Assembly: GCA_964016885.1 (NCBI GenBank)
Contig: OZ024741.1
Location: 377,952,001 to 378,016,000 of the forward strand
DNA length: 64,000 nucleotides
Direction of reading: 5' to 3'
From: Eledone cirrhosa
Lineage: Eukaryota
The notes under the pieces were generated by a model. That model had not been told where the DNA came from, searched no databases, and saw only the letters and a program-made list of their open reading frames with translations. Position numbers and translations under genes: made by a program. Each line of letters begins with the position of its first letter. The first letter of the stretch is position 1. Positions 1-14,269 of this stretch are shown one piece after another.

Positions 1-3000
1 AAAACAAGCACCAGCGCCTACACCATCCACAACGCCACAACCAAAACCAACGCCAGTGGAGGATTTTCCACTCACCGGCTTATCGCAACTGGAGACAAAT
101 TTTGACGACGAGGAGTCAGAAAAAAAGAAAAAGAAAGATACCAAAAAAGAAAAAATTCTCTTCCTTCCCCCTCAAAAAACAAAATACAGAGGGAAATAAA
201 TAAATTATCGAGCAAGAAAGTTAAGACGGATATGCCACCATCCACACCAGCATCACCAACCCCATCACCACAAACCGCAACACCATCACCATCATTAACC
301 CCAACACCACCATCACCAACACCGCAAAAGTCACCAAAAAGCGTAACAGAAACAAACCCACAAAAAACGCAAACAAAACAAAACAACCAAAACGATACAC
401 ACTACACTGCATTAACTTTGAACTACAACCAATTATTAAACTACATGCAACACAACACCAGCATCACAGAAAAAGACTACACAACAACCCAAATACAAAT
501 CACTCGCATCACACAGAAAACGTACAGGACACTAAAACAAAATGCCCCAAATACATCGGAGACTTCCGACAAACACTCTCCAGTAGGATTTAGCAGTGAA
601 AAGGATGGACAAACCATCCTTCCTCTACGAGAAGTAAGGTAAGTGGTCTTTCCCATCTTTTCCACTCCATTTCAACACAACCTCACTCAGAATAGGCAGC
701 ATAAATACGCGTGGCTTGGGGTCGTCATGGAAGCAGGGTCACCTGCTCAACGACCTCAGGTCACTAAACATAGATGTAGTGGCGATCAGTGAGCCAGAAT
801 CTCCGAAGCACGGGTCTTCGCACCGACCTTCGGCGGCTACGATGTGTACGCATCTGCCAGCCGTCCGGGATCGGGGGGAGGAGTTGCTGTGCTCTTTCGG
901 AAAGGTTTGGAACTCGCCATACGGGCCATCTTCCTGGACCCAGAAGGTAAGTTGGTGGTGCTAGAAGTGCCAGCGGAGACGGGCAAGCTTTCAGACTAGT
1001 GGCCGTCTATGACCCGAGAGGAGCAGGGCAGCCTGATTTCTTCCGGCGTCTGGAGACCTTTCTTGGAACGTCCCGCTCTTTAGTGTTAGTGGGCGACTGG
1101 AACGGGATCTTAGATGCACGCTGGAACTGTGTGGGATTAGCGGATAGGGGCGGAGGGTGCAAGAGCCTCACCAACCTGCTCAGGCGTTTTGAACTGTCTG
1201 ACAGGTACCGATTTGATTTCCCGAATGTGCCAATGTGGATAGGACATATTGCATAGGGTCATCCAGATCATATCTAGATAAAGTATTTTGTAGAGAAATA
1301 GGTGTCTAGCATAGGCTGTACACAATTCAAGATAGTCAGCTACACGGACCAAAAATTCGTGATCTGTGTACTTGGCTAAGATAGGCTTCATAGACGATGA
1401 TCCGGCTACTGGAAGCTAAACACGTCCTTACCAGCGCGCAAGGCCTACAGAGACCGGATTAGCGAACTAGTTAAGATGGCGTAGACGGGATCCATCGTCA
1501 ACAACAAGTGGTGGTTTGCTCTGAAAAGAGCAATTAGAATAGAGTCCATTAGGTTTAGTGAGGCTTTAGCAATAGAGAAAAATAGAGCAGAAGGAGAATT
1601 AGTTAGAAATTTTGACGAGGCGCTTAGCAAAGGCATCGCGACCGACGTGCTTGCGGCGAAATTAGCCATTGACCAATTATTCAATGCAAAGCACGAATGC
1701 TGCGTTGTCAGAGCTAGGGTGCGTGCTCTCAGACACGAGGGGACGAAAGCCATTCAATGGGCCAGAGTGGCGGAGGCGCATCGTGGCACCAAAACCAGGA
1801 TCCGGTCTTTGGTGGACCACGACGGGCGCATGCTACTCGATCCCGGGCAAATGTGTGAAGCTTTTCAGCGACACTTCGCTCAATTGTTCGGGGGCAGCGG
1901 CGGGCCGGATCGAGGGTTGGACTTTAGTGTCTACCTCGACGGACTGCCGAGGCTCTCGGCCACTGAGGTGGAGTGTTGCGAAAAGCCGATAACAGCCGCT
2001 GAAATACGGGAGGCAACGACTATCTGCAAAGGGAAAAATAGCCTGGTTTGGATGGTCTGCCCTATGAACTTTACGTACAGATGCCAGACTTGTTCGGAGG
2101 CCTCTTGGCGGACGTCTACTGCAACTGGCAACAGAACAGGAGAAATCCCAGCTCTGTGAGCCGAGGAGCTGTGGCGCTGCTGAGAAAGGATACTAACAAG
2201 GGGGATAACATAGATAATTTTAGGCCCATAACTCTGCTAAACACAGAGGTCAAGATTTTGGCCAAGGTGCTAGCAAAGAGGTTAGCGCTTGTCGTTGGTG
2301 GTCTGGTGAGAGAGGCGCAGACATGCGCCATTCCCGACAGATCCATCTACGACAACCTCCCCCTCATGCGATACATCGTAGAGAGGGTAGCTAGGGAACC
2401 TGGCACGGGTGGGTCTTTGATCAATTTAGATCAGTCGAAAGCCTTCGATAGGGTCGACCATCGTTACCTAGCGGCAGTCCTGAGGGCGGCTGGCTTTGGG
2501 CCCGTCTTCAAAGACTGGATCGCTGCCATGCACAGCGACATCTGCTCTGTAGTGAGTGTGAACGGTCACCTTTCGGAACCGTTCAACATCATGCGCTCGG
2601 TCCGCCAAGGATGTCCCTTCTCGTCCCTATTGTACGTATTGACTCTCGAGCCATTACTGCAGAAACTGGAGACGTTGAGGGGGTTCCCGTCTAACTAGGA
2701 TGCAGAAGATCCGTGTCAGCATATGCGGACGATGTCACCGTAGTGGTGTCGAACGCCAAACACATCGAGGCGATCGGCACTACACTAAGAGAATGCGAAG
2801 CGGTGACAGGAGCAATGATCAACCAGGAATAGTCAGTGGGCCTGCAGCTCGGCACCTGGTGAGGCAGGTCCATGTCGTCCAACAGCGTCGCCGGGCGCTC
2901 GACGGACGGACCGGTTAAATTGCTAGGGATCTGGTTCGGTCCAGACCTCCAGACGGACAAAAACAGGGACGAAGTGACGAGCTGGGTGGCTTCTCTCACC

Positions 3001-4332
3001 CAGAAATGGGCCGAGAGGAAGCTATCCCTGAAATGTCGAGCGGAGGTGGCTAACGCGTACATCGCGTCCGTCATCTACTACCGCCTGACCGTCGTACCTT
3101 GTCCTAAGCCTCGCCTGACTGCGCTGGAGCGTTTGCTCTTTCGCTTTTTGTGGAAGGGACGCGCTCCGATGGTCAGGCGGTTCATCTGCTGTCAACACCC
3201 GCTACGTGGAGGGCTGGGCATGCCGTGGCTGATGTTGCGCAGACACGCGCTCAGGCTACGACATCTCCACATCTTCCTCGACAGTGATCAGGTGTGGTCG
3301 CCGTTTGCTAGACACGTCTTTCACCAGCTCGTCTCCTTGACGGAGCTGCAGTCCTGGGACAAGCGAAAACCGAGAGGGAGCGCTTGCAGACTGGAATGTC
3401 TTCAGGCGCTCACAGCCCTCGACCAATCGGGCAATATGATCGGTAGAAACTCCACCTTGGCGTTCTATATAGGATTAGTGGAGGGGAAGAGCGACGACGT
3501 ACTTGGAGAAATTCTAGGCGTTGACGAAAATCAACTAGCCAATCTCTTCGGAAGGACTTTCGGGCCGGGGCCTATGGACAACTTCCAGAAATCCCTGGCC
3601 TGGCAGTGCTACCGGGGAGCTTTGCCAGTTTGGGATAAACTCTACAGGCATGGAGGTGCCGTCAGCCGGGCATGTCCGAGATGCGCACAGGGCGACGAAA
3701 CCGTCCTCCACGCACTCGTCCAGTGTCCGAGCATTGCTGACTTGTGGGTTTATGTCGAACACCTGCTGACACGTGTAGGACGGATCCAGCTACCAGATGA
3801 GTCCATTTTGAGGATTGCCCCGCCCTCTTCCTTTAGCCGGGAAGGGCAGGCAGTGTTTATCTGTCTGGTGGCCATGGAGAAAGAGATAGTATGATGGACA
3901 CGTTTGAAAGGGCTGACGACGAGCACTTACCTCTTTGGTGATGCCCTGATTAACTTTTTCAAATTTCATTTGAAAAGGAAAATCAGGGTAGAGAGGGAAG
4001 TGCTCTCTTCCCAGCATTTTGTTGAAATATGGGTGAGAGAAGCAAGTATGGCCCGAATGAATGGGCCTTCTCTGAGTATGAGTCTGTAAATTAAAGGTGG
4101 AAAACTGGGAGAGGGCACTTGCCCTGGTGGTCATGGTTATTGTGGTCTTTTAATGTGCTTTCTCCACAAATGTCCCTCGGAAGTCTCCCCGCTCTTGGGG
4201 AATTTTTCTTTGTTATTTTATTACATCCTCTGTTTTTTTACACGCAGAAATGCCCGTTTGTACCGTCCTGTATTGTCCTGTATTGTCCTTAATGTCTACT
4301 TTATGTAAACCCTTGTGGTTAATAAAGAAAAC
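1..4332 (+). mobile_element. Tx1/L1-clade non-LTR retrotransposon, copy 1 (5' end outside window, degenerate)
   Basis: End of Pro/Thr-rich ORF1 (stop 642). Frameshifted ORF2 has APE endonuclease motifs (DVVAISE, LVLVGDWNG), RT motifs (NFRPITLLN, LDQSKAFDRVDH, SVRQGCP, AYADD) and C-terminal CPRC..ETVLHALVQCP. 3' end ttgtggttaataaagaaaac. Confidence 0.93.
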
Positions 4333-4351
4333 ATTATTTTAATTATTAAAT

Positions 4352-4540
4352 CAGGGCGGTGGATTGGCAGTATCGGTAGAGGGTCGGACGCCATGCTTTG
4401 ACGCATAGAGTTACGGCCCTTGCCATACTGAGTTCAAATCCCGCCGAGGTTAACTTTGCCTTTCATCCTTAAGGGGTCGATAAAATAAAGTACCAGTAAT
4501 GTACTGAGTAATTGCTGGCCTTGTGCCAAAAGTAGAAACA
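4352..4540 (+). mobile_element. tRNA-derived SINE, full length, with 19-bp target-site duplication
   Basis: Box A-like tggcagtatcgg and box B gagttcaaatcc. Flanked by identical attattttaattattaaat at 4333-4351 and 4541-4559. Homologous pieces elsewhere in the window. Confidence 0.88.
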
Positions 4541-4810
4541 ATTATTTTAATTATTAAATAAATAAATAAATAAAGCATTATTATTATTATTATTATTATT
4601 GGCGACCTCCGTAGTAAATCGTATCATCGTGACCTCCGCAAAGATTTGTTATTTCCGTTTGTTAAAAATTGCCATTTATTGAAAGTTGTTATTGTTAACT
4701 ATATATAAGCGCACATACATTGTTTTCCGAAAAGGACACCCAAAATGATTGGGGCCTTATGCCCAAAATTTAAAATTTTATGATTATCAAAAAATTTCTT
4801 TGAAAAAAAA

Positions 4811-6765
4811 ATGGCTATTTCACCTCTTCACCAAGCAGCTGAAAGCCTTCCTCACAAATTAACACCTCACACCGACACCACGATTGTAAATGATACTACA
4901 TTTGCCAACACAAACAATTTAAGCACTAGCAATATTTTAAATTTGTCTCAGGCAGACATTCATTTCCCGCTATTACCAATGACTGCACGTGTTAAAGACG
5001 CCACCACCACCACCACCGCGACAACAAAAACAAAAGGAAAAAATAAATCAACACGTGATGTCGAAATATTTTCAACCAAAATGGACTCTTCCAAACCGAA
5101 CTCCACTGACGTCACCACCACCCCAACTGAAACTAAAATTAATAATAACAAAAATAACGATCGCAACAACAACAACAATGACATTAAAAAAAACACCCTG
5201 AGTTTTGCCAGAGTAGTAAAACCGTGCGAAGCATTTACGGTAAAACAGGAGAAATTAGAAAATGACAAAAAAATGGTAAAGAAAGATGGGTACAGGGTCA
5301 GCACACACACACACACCTAATAAAATGGAGCATCGGCGCCTATGCACCGTGTCGTATCGAACAATTAATGTAAAATCGCGCCAAGTGGAACGGGCATCCG
5401 AGTCCCAAATCCAAAAAGCTTTGGGACATGTGTGGGCAAGAAAAACCCACACCAGATGTGGGCAGAAGTATGGAACCGTGGACGTGTTCTTTGAAACGCC
5501 AGAGGAGGCGAGAGAACACTCCATGGCCCCATTAAGAAGTGACGACTTCACACTCGTCCCAAGCTATTGTGGCCAGAGACTCGTAAAGATCAGGGTGACC
5601 CAAGTTCCACTGGCCATCGAAATTCCCTGGCTAATAGCGGCCGTCCTCGCCGGCATCGAGAACAACACAAGATAATAGCAATAGCAAAAGAAAAGCAGAA
5701 TAACTGATCCGGATCTGGGATGGAGCTCCTGATCCAAGCGGACCGAAAAAGTATTGAGGAGATCCCAGAGGTAATAGACCTCACTGACGGTAGCCACCTA
5801 ACCGTAATTGTCGAGAGTAGAAGGCCTAGGTGTGTCGTTTGTGGTGAAGGAACCCACCCAAGGGCTTTCTGCCCTCAGGCTAAAAGGTTGAGGCCACCTA
5901 TCCTACCCACGCCAGTGACTCAGCCATCAAGACCACCAGTAGCAGAGATGGCAGCAACAACTGTAGCAGCAACAACAGAAGCAACTATAACAGCAACAAC
6001 CCCAGCAACAGTAGCAAAACCAACACCACCACCACCAGCAAAACCAACACCACCACCACCCAACGATTCAGAACTAGCACCAGCGCCTACACCATCCACC
6101 ACGGCACAACCAAAACTAACGCCTGTGGAGGATTTTCCACTCCTCGGCCTATCACAACTGGAGACAGATTGTGACGACGAGGAGTGGAAAACGGTATCAG
6201 GAAAAAGAAAGAAACCAAAAAAGAAAAATTCTCTTCCTTCCCCCTCCAAAAATAAAATACAGAGGGAAACAAATAAATTAACAAACAAAAAAGTTAGGAC
6301 AGATATGCCACCATCCACACCAGCATCACCAACCCCATCACCCCAAACACCAACACCATCACCATCATTAACCCCAACACCACCATCACCTACATCACAA
6401 GATCACCAAAATGCGAAACAGAAACAAACCCACAACAAACGCAAACAAAACAAAACAACCAAAACGATACACACTACACATCATTAAATTTGAACAACAA
6501 GCAATTATTACACTACATCCAACACAACACCAGCATCACAGAAAAAGACTACACAACAACCCAAACATTCACACCACCTCCACACATACGAATCACTCGC
6601 ATCACACAGAAAACGTACATGACACTAAAACAAAAATTCCCCAAAGACATCGGAAACTTCCGACAAGCACTCTCCAGGAGGTTTTATAGGGACATCCTAC
6701 CAGAGGAGGCCACAAGCAGTGAAAAGGATGGAAAAACCGTCCTTCCCCTACGAGAAGTAAGGTAA
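4811..6765 (+). pseudogene. LINE ORF1 (gag-like), frameshifted
   Basis: ORF pieces 4811-5320, 5286-5675, 5720-6487, 6490-6765. RRM-like VKIRVTQVP, zinc knuckle CVVCGEGTHPRAFC (CX2CX4HX4C), then a Pro/Thr-rich and basic tail. Confidence 0.85.
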
Positions 6766-6799
6766 GTGGTCTTTCCCATCTTTTCCACTCCTTTTCAAC

Positions 6800-9700
6800 A
6801 TGACCTTACTCAGAATAGGCAGCATAAATGCGCGTGGCTTGGGGTCGTCATGGAAGCAGGGCCACCTGCTCAACGACCTCAGGTCACTAAACATAGATGT
6901 AGTGGCCATCAGCGAGACCAGAATCTCCGAAGCACGGGCCTTCGCCCCGGTCTTCGACGGCTACGATGTGTACGCATCTCCCAGCCGTCCGGGATCGGGG
7001 GGAGGAGTTGCTGTGCTTTTTCGGAGAGGTTTGGATCTTGCCATACGGGCCATCTTCCTGGACCCAGAAGGTAAGTTGGTGGTGCTGGACATGACCAGCG
7101 GAGACGGGAAAGCTTTCAGGTTAGTGGCCGTCTATGCCGCGACAGGAGCAGGGTGGCCTGATTTCTTCCGGCGTCAAGAGACCTTTCTTGGAACGTCCCG
7201 CTCTTTAGTGTTAGTGGGCGACTGGAACGGGATCTTAGATGCACGCTGGTATTGTGTGGGTTTAGTGGATAGGGAAGGAGGGTGCAAGAGTCTCACCAAC
7301 CTGCTCAGGCGTTTTGAACTGTCTGACAGGTACCGATTGGATTTCCCGAATGTACCAATGTGGACTTGGACAAATCGCATAGGATCATCCAGATAATATC
7401 TAGATAGAGTATTTTGTAGGGTAATAGATAGGTCTAGCATAGGCTGTCCACAATTCAAGATAGTCAGCTACACGGACCAAAAATTCGTGATCTGTGTGCT
7501 TGACTTAGATAGGCTTCATAGACGAGCAACCGGCTACTAGAATCTAAACGCGTCCTTACCAGTCCATTAGGTTTAGTAAGGCTTTAGCAATAGAGAAAAA
7601 TAGAGCAGAGGGAGAATTAGTTAGAAAATTAGACGAGGCGCTTTGCAAAGGCATCGCGACCGACGTACTTACGGCGAAATTGGCCCTTGACCAATTCTTC
7701 AATGCAAAGCACGAAGGCTGCGTTGTCAGAGCTAGGGTGCGTGTTCTCAGACACGAGGGGACGAAAGCCGTTCAATGGGCCCGAGTTGCGGGGGCGCGTT
7801 ATGGCAACAAAGCCAGGATCCGGTCTTGGACCACGACGGGCGCATGCTACTCGATCCCGGGCAAATGTGTGAAGCTTTTCAGCGACATTTCGCTCAACTG
7901 TTCGGGGGCATTGGCGGGCCGGAACGAGGGATGGAATTTAGTGTCTACCTCGACGGACTGCCGCGGATCTCGGGCCCTGAGGCGGAGTGTTGCGAAAAGT
8001 CGATAACAGCCGCTGAAGTACGGGAGGCAATGACTGGCTACGCAAGGGGTAAATCGTCTGGTTTGGATGGTCTGCCCTATGAACTTTACGTACAAATGAC
8101 AGACTTGTCCGGAGGCCTCTTGGCGGACGTCTACTGCAACTGCCAACAGAACGGGAGAATTCCCAGCTCTGTGTGCCGAGGAGCGGTTGCGCTGCTGAGA
8201 AAGGATCCGAACAAGGGTGATAACATAGATAAGTTTAGGCCCATAACTCTGCTAAACTCAGAATTCAAGATTTTGGCCATGGTGCTAGCAAAGAGTTTGG
8301 CGCTTCTCGTTGATGGTCTGGTGGGAGAGGCGCAGACATGCGCCATTCCCGACAGATCCATCCACGACAACCTCCACCTCATGCGATACATCGTAGAGAG
8401 TGTAGCTAGGGAACCTGGCACGGGTGGGTCTTTGATCAATTTAGATCAGTCGAAAGCCTTCGATAGGGTCGACCATCGTTACCTAGCGGCAGTCCTGAGG
8501 GCGGCTGGCTTTGGGCCCGTCTTCAGAGGCTGGAACGCTGACATGCACAGCGACATCTGCTCTGTAGTGAGTGTGAACGGTCACCTTTCGGAACCGTTCA
8601 ACATCATGCGCTCGGTCCGCCAAGGATGTCCCTTCTCGTCCCTATTGTACGTATTGACTCTCGAGCCATTACTGCAGAAACTGGAGACGTTGAGGGGGGT
8701 CCCGTCTAACTAGGATGCAGAGGATCCGTGTCAGCATATGCCGACGATGTCACCGTAGTGGTGTCGAACGCCAAACACATCGAGGCGATCGGCACTACAC
8801 TAAGAGAATACGAAGCGGTGACAGGAGCAATGATCAACCAGGAAATGTCAGTGGGCCTGCAGCTCGGCACCTGGAGAGGCAGCTCCATGTTGTCCAACAG
8901 CGTCGTTGGGCGCTCGACGGACGGATCTGTTAAATTGCTAGGGGTCTGGTTCGGTCCAGACCTCCAGACGGACAAAAACTGGGACCAGGTGACGAGCACG
9001 GTGGATTCTCTCACCCAGAAATGGGCCGAGAGGAAGCTATCCCTGAAAGGTCGAGCGGAAGTGGCTAACGCGTACATCGCGTCCGTGATCTACTACCGCC
9101 TGACCGTCGTACCTTGTCCTAAGCCCCGCCTGACTGCGCTGGAGAGTTTGCTCTTTCGCTTATTGTGGAAGGGACGCGCCCCGATGGTCAGGCGATCCAT
9201 CTGCTGTCAACACCTGCTACATGGAGGGCTGGGCATGCCGTGGCTGATGATGCGCAGACACGCGCTCAGGCTACGACATCTCCACCTCTTCCTCGACAGT
9301 GATCAGGTGTGGTCGCCGTTTGCTAGACACGTCTTTCACCAGCTCGTCTCCTTGACGGAGCTGCAGTCCTTGGTCAAGCGAAGAGCGAGAGGGAGCGCTT
9401 GGAGACTGGAATGTCTTCAGGTGCTCACAGTCCAATCGGGCAATGTGATAAGTAGAAACTTCACCTTGGCGTTCTGTAGAGGATTAGTGGAGGGGAAGAG
9501 CGACGACGTACTTGGAGAAACTCTAGGCATCGACGAAAATCAACTAGCCAATCTCTTCAGAAGGACTTTCGGGCCGGGGCCTATGGACAACTTCCAGAAA
9601 TCCCTGGCCTGGCAGTGATACAAAGGAGCTTTGCCAGTTCGGGATAAACTCTACAGGCATGGAGGCGCCGTCAGCCGGGCATGTCCGAGATGCGCACAGG

Positions 9701-10097
9701 GCGACGAAACCGTCCTGCACGCACTCGTCCAGTGTCCGAGCATTGCTGACTTGTGGGTTTATGTCGAACACCTGCTGTCACGTGTAGGACGGATCCAGCT
9801 ATCAGCTGAGTCCATCGTGAGGATTGCCCCGCCCTCTTCCTTTAGCAGGGAAGGGCAGGCAGTTTTTATCTGTCTGGTGGCCATGGCGAAAGAGATAGTA
9901 TGGTGGACACGTTTGAAAGGGCTGAAGACGTGCACTTGCCTCTTCGGTAATGCCCTGATTAACTTTTTCAAATTTCATTTGCAAGGGAAATTCATGGTAG
10001 AGAGGGAAGTGCTCTCTTCCCAGCATTTTGTTGAAGGTGGGTGAGAGAAGCAAGTATGGCCCGAATGAATGGGCCTTCTCTGAGTATGAGTCTGTAA
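6800..10097 (+). pseudogene. LINE ORF2 (APE endonuclease - reverse transcriptase - zf-RVT), disrupted
   Basis: MTLLRIGSINARGL, VAISET, GDWN, DQSKAFDRVDH, VRQGCP, SAYADD, CPRC..H...C. Several stops and frameshifts, and a ~110-bp deletion near 7562 relative to copy 1. Confidence 0.92.
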
Positions 10098-10342
10098 ATT
10101 AAAGGTGGAAAACTGGGAGAGGGCACTTGCCCTGGTGGTCAGGGTCACTGTGGTCTTTTAATGGGCTTTCTCCACAAATGTACCTCGGAAGTCACCCCCC
10201 TATTGGGGAATTTTTCTTTGTTATTTTATTACATCCTCTGTTTTTTTACACGCAGAAATGCCCATTTGTACCGTCCTGTATTGTCCTGTACTGTCCTTAA
10301 TGTCTACTTTATGTAAACCCTTGTGGTTAATAAAGAAAACAA

Positions 10343-10378
<36 letters not shown>

Positions 10379-10789
10379 ATACACATGTAATGCGCGCTCG
10401 CGCTTGTGTGTGATCCACTGATTTGCTGGTGGTACCACTTTAGCCACTCTCGATATAAAGGCCTAGTAACTATTTACTCGTATTAACTTTTATTGTGTAT
10501 CCACCTGATTTGCTACGCGCTTATATATTTATTTCCATGTGCCTATGCGTCGTTGTGTGTGTTTAATCATATGTATTTGTGTGTATGTGTGAGTGTGTGT
10601 GTGTGCGTGCGTGCGTCGTTCGCGTGTGTCTGCCATTGTCTTTAATTGTGGTATTTATTTATCAGTGCGCGTGTGTATGTTGGTATGTGGGGACCGGCGT
10701 TGTCAGTTGGACATTCATAGTATTGCATTAGTCAGGTAGTACAGTAGTCATAAACATTAAGTGAAATCAATGACCTCTCAGCGCGGGGG

Positions 10790-11866
10790 GGGGGGTAGAT
10801 ACTTCCCATGCGTGTGCAACGGTTTCCTCGTCTCACACGCATCTGTAGAGCCTTTCTCGAACGGGTAGAGCTCTTCTGTAGCACTGCCAGGCCAGGGACC
10901 TCTGGAAGTTATTCATGGGTCCCGGGCTGAATGTCCTACCGAACAGGTTGGCCAGTTCGTCTTCCCCCATGCCTAGGGCTTCTCCGAGGGCGTCGTCGCA
11001 CCTGCTAACCACCAGCCCTCTATAGAATGACGAGGTGGATTCTCCACTGACAGCCGGGTCCGCCTGCCAGAGAGCCGTGAGCGCCTGGGCACATTCGGTG
11101 TGCCAGGCGCCCAGTTATCTCGGTCTTTGCTTGAATTGCAGCTCGGTGAGGGTGACGAGTCTGGGAAAGGCTCGCCTCACAAACTGGGCCCACACCGGTT
11201 GACCGGTGAGGAATACCTGGAGGTCCCGTAGCCTTAATGCCCCAATTTCCGAGGCCGTCGACACCATAACTCGTACGTCGTCTTCGTAGGCCGACACCGC
11301 TTTCCGCAATCCCGGCTCCAACGGGATGCATTGCAACAACTCCAACTTCCGCAGCAGTGGCTCTAGAGTCATTACATACAGAAGGGAGGAGAGAGGGCAC
11401 TCTTGTCGGATGGACCGCGCGATTTCTAACGGCTTCGAGAGGTAGCCGTTCACCTTGACCCTAGAGCAGATGCGGCTGCTGTGCATGGCATTGATCCAGC
11501 CCCTGAAAACGGGTCCGAAGCCTGCCGCCGCTAGCACCGCATCCAGGTAACCATAGTCGACCCTATCGAACGCCTTAGATTGATCCAAGTTGATCAGGGC
11601 CCCACCAAAGCCGGGTTCGTTCCCAACCCTCTCTATGATGTATCGCATGAGGTGGAGGTTGTCGTGGATGGACCTGGACGGGATAGCACATGTCTGCACA
11701 TCTCCCACCTGGTTGCCAACGACAAGCGCCAACTTCTTTGCTAGCACCTTGGCCAAAATCTGTAACTCTGTATTTAGCATCGTCATGGGCCTGAAATTAT
11801 TTATATCGTCCTCCTTGTTCTCGTCCTTCCTCACTAGCGTGACTACGCCCTTGGTCACAGCACAGG
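10790..11866 (-). mobile_element. Fragment of a diverged Tx1/L1-like subfamily (RT region, internally deleted)
   Basis: NFRPMTMLNTELQILAKVLA, LINLDQSKAFDRVD, SIRQECPLS, AYEDD. Clearly diverged from copies 1-3. Abuts (GATA)n. Confidence 0.88.
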
Positions 11867-11907
11867 GATAGATAGATAGATAGATAAATAAATAGATAGA
11901 TAGATAA

Positions 11908-11969
<62 letters not shown>

Positions 11970-11990
11970 GGATAGATAGATAGATAAATA
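11867..11990. repeat. (GATA)n microsatellite
   Basis: Direct reading. Confidence 0.97.
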
Positions 11991-12249
11991 TATATACATA
12001 TGAAGGATCACGATGCCAATCGGGAAGAGACCACTGTCAAAAAGGTACTCAATACATGAATAGATTTAAGATAGCGCGCTACAGTTTCTGTGTCAGAGTC
12101 AGAATGTATGAAATGACGTTCTTGAATGCATGTTACAGGGGTATGGTATAATGTCATGTGTGTACTTAGCTAAGCGTGTTATGATGATGAACCTAGAGTT
12201 TTACAGTTGTGCGTAGGTTAGGCCTGGAAGGAAGTGTGGCTAGTAAAAG

Positions 12250-12700
12250 AAGCAGAGGCCAGCAGCGAAAACGATGGCTTGATAATGTCAATTTATGGAC
12301 TCTGCAGCTGATGATCGAACTTTGCGGAGAAAGACAGCTCATGTTGATGCACAGTCTGCAACTGGTGGTGTTTAGCGTGAAAGTATAAGTAAGTAAATAT
12401 GCTCTTTCTAATGTCGAAATACATATGCGTTTGGCCCCACCTGCATAATTTACGGGTCTAAGATAGCGAAAGCAGTGCAACTTTCCCACTCTCAAGTATG
12501 ATGATTATGCGAGAATCTACTCTGTTTGTATTGCCGAAATATATGAGTCAATGAACATGACAGGAACTACAACTACTCGTAAAGATAGAGGGATTTTTTC
12601 TGCAGGGTGAACTCGTCTAGATCCGTTGTGTTCAGTCATAAAAAGAGGGACAACTTGCTGTAGTGTGTGGCTCATTGCAACGGTTATTGTGTAGAGAGAC
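12250..12700 (-). mobile_element. Possible highly degenerate Penelope GIY-YIG C-terminal remnant
   Basis: NTTSCRLCIN resembles the CxLC motif at the end of the other PLE ORFs here (RVCNLCLAE). Other motifs are eroded. Confidence 0.3.
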
Positions 12701-14096
12701 TAGGATCGCATCCTCAAATGTTGTTAACTACACTCCATACAATACTGCAATGTACAGCTACAACCGACGGTAACTAAACTCCATAAGAGATTTGTTTATC
12801 ATATGACTCATATAAAATTCGCGCCTCACGACTGTCAATATTGCCAAACAAATACTACTCACATGTAGTCCGCTATTTTCACATATTTAAATCTAAACTT
12901 TTTAACATCCTGCCACACATGGATTATATCAATAGGAATACAAAGAAATAACATCTGCACATATATTCAATATAGCTTTAAAAAAGCGCACGCGCAAACA
13001 CATATTCATGTCTCTTCGCATATGTTTTATGTGCATACGTATGTTAATGCAATATGTTTTGTAACAGATTATAAAGAAAATAATTAAATATTTATTTGTT
13101 ATATTTCGTATAAAATCTGTTTATTTTTTATTCGAAAACTCTCTCCTTTTCGATAACTTCCCCTCCAATACTGTTTCTAATATACATCTATTAGATTTTC
13201 CACCTCTGAAGAATTCGTTATTGAACTTGCACTTATTTTTCCCACACTACTATCTTTATGAATATGGAATAAATAATATTTGTCAAACATATATAACGAC
13301 AACAACAACAATAGCCTGTTGACTAAACGGAAAGAAAATGTGTATGGCGAAGTGAAAAAATATGTTTTTCAGTTAAAAATCTCTGTTTCCCTTTTCCCTG
13401 AATCATCCAATGACACTGTGTTATTTAGTTTTCACGAAGGAATACAACAAATTTTATATACACATTCTTCTTTTTACTTTCATTTTCACTTCGATAATAT
13501 TTTCTGTAAATATTTTCATCCCATATATATTATATTTGTACATAACGCATATTCATAATTCTGTGTATATGTCTGTGTATATGTCTGTTATTATAAATGT
13601 TGTTTTGAAAGAAGAATGAAAATGGTACAATAACCTTACAAGCTATGCTGGAAAATAATCTAAAGCTAGGTGACATAGGACCTACAAGTTCAAATAATGA
13701 ATTATAACAACAGCATATCAATATATGTTCCTTTAATATTATGAGAAAACAAAACAACAATAAATTGAACACTACCGTTGTTTTGGGGGGAGAATTACAA
13801 TGGATTACGTAAGGTTTAATGCATATTTGCTTTCCCGTGGCATGTACAATATTATTTGCTATAAATGTCTATATAATTACAACTATGGGTGGAGGTATTT
13901 GACGACTGGTTTCATAAGGTTTGTAGATGTTTCTATTTCATTCATCGATGTGTGAGGTTTGTGAAGACCATGTATAGGTCATGTGAGTAGAGCTGAATCC
14001 TTGCTTAGAGTATCATCGTAAATAGTATGTGCACCATGAATATGGAAACGCTATGAAATGAGTTTTGCGGGCTATTTTTAATATATATGGGTTTAG

Positions 14097-14178
<82 letters not shown>

Positions 14179-14269
14179 TGAGAGGGAGGGGGGTAGACAG
14201 ATAAATAGATATATAGATTAGATAGATGGATAGATATTTCTAAACTCATATACAAAATCATATATATAT

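Larger units (their letters stand above)
4601..10340 (+). mobile_element. Tx1/L1-clade non-LTR retrotransposon, copy 2 (full length, degenerate)
   Basis: Starts ggcgacctccgtag right after (TTA)n, the same 5' end as the minus-strand copy at 34338. Contains ORF1 and ORF2. Ends aataaagaaaac followed by (TTA)n. Confidence 0.95.

Noticed and set aside
4352-4450. tRNA gene
   Set aside because: A and B boxes are present, but the spacing is long and there is no cloverleaf. A SINE body, TSD and multiple copies indicate a SINE.
72-10053. Antisense and alternative-frame ORFs overlapping the LINEs
   Set aside because: Shadows of GC-rich retrotransposon coding sequence with no independent motifs.
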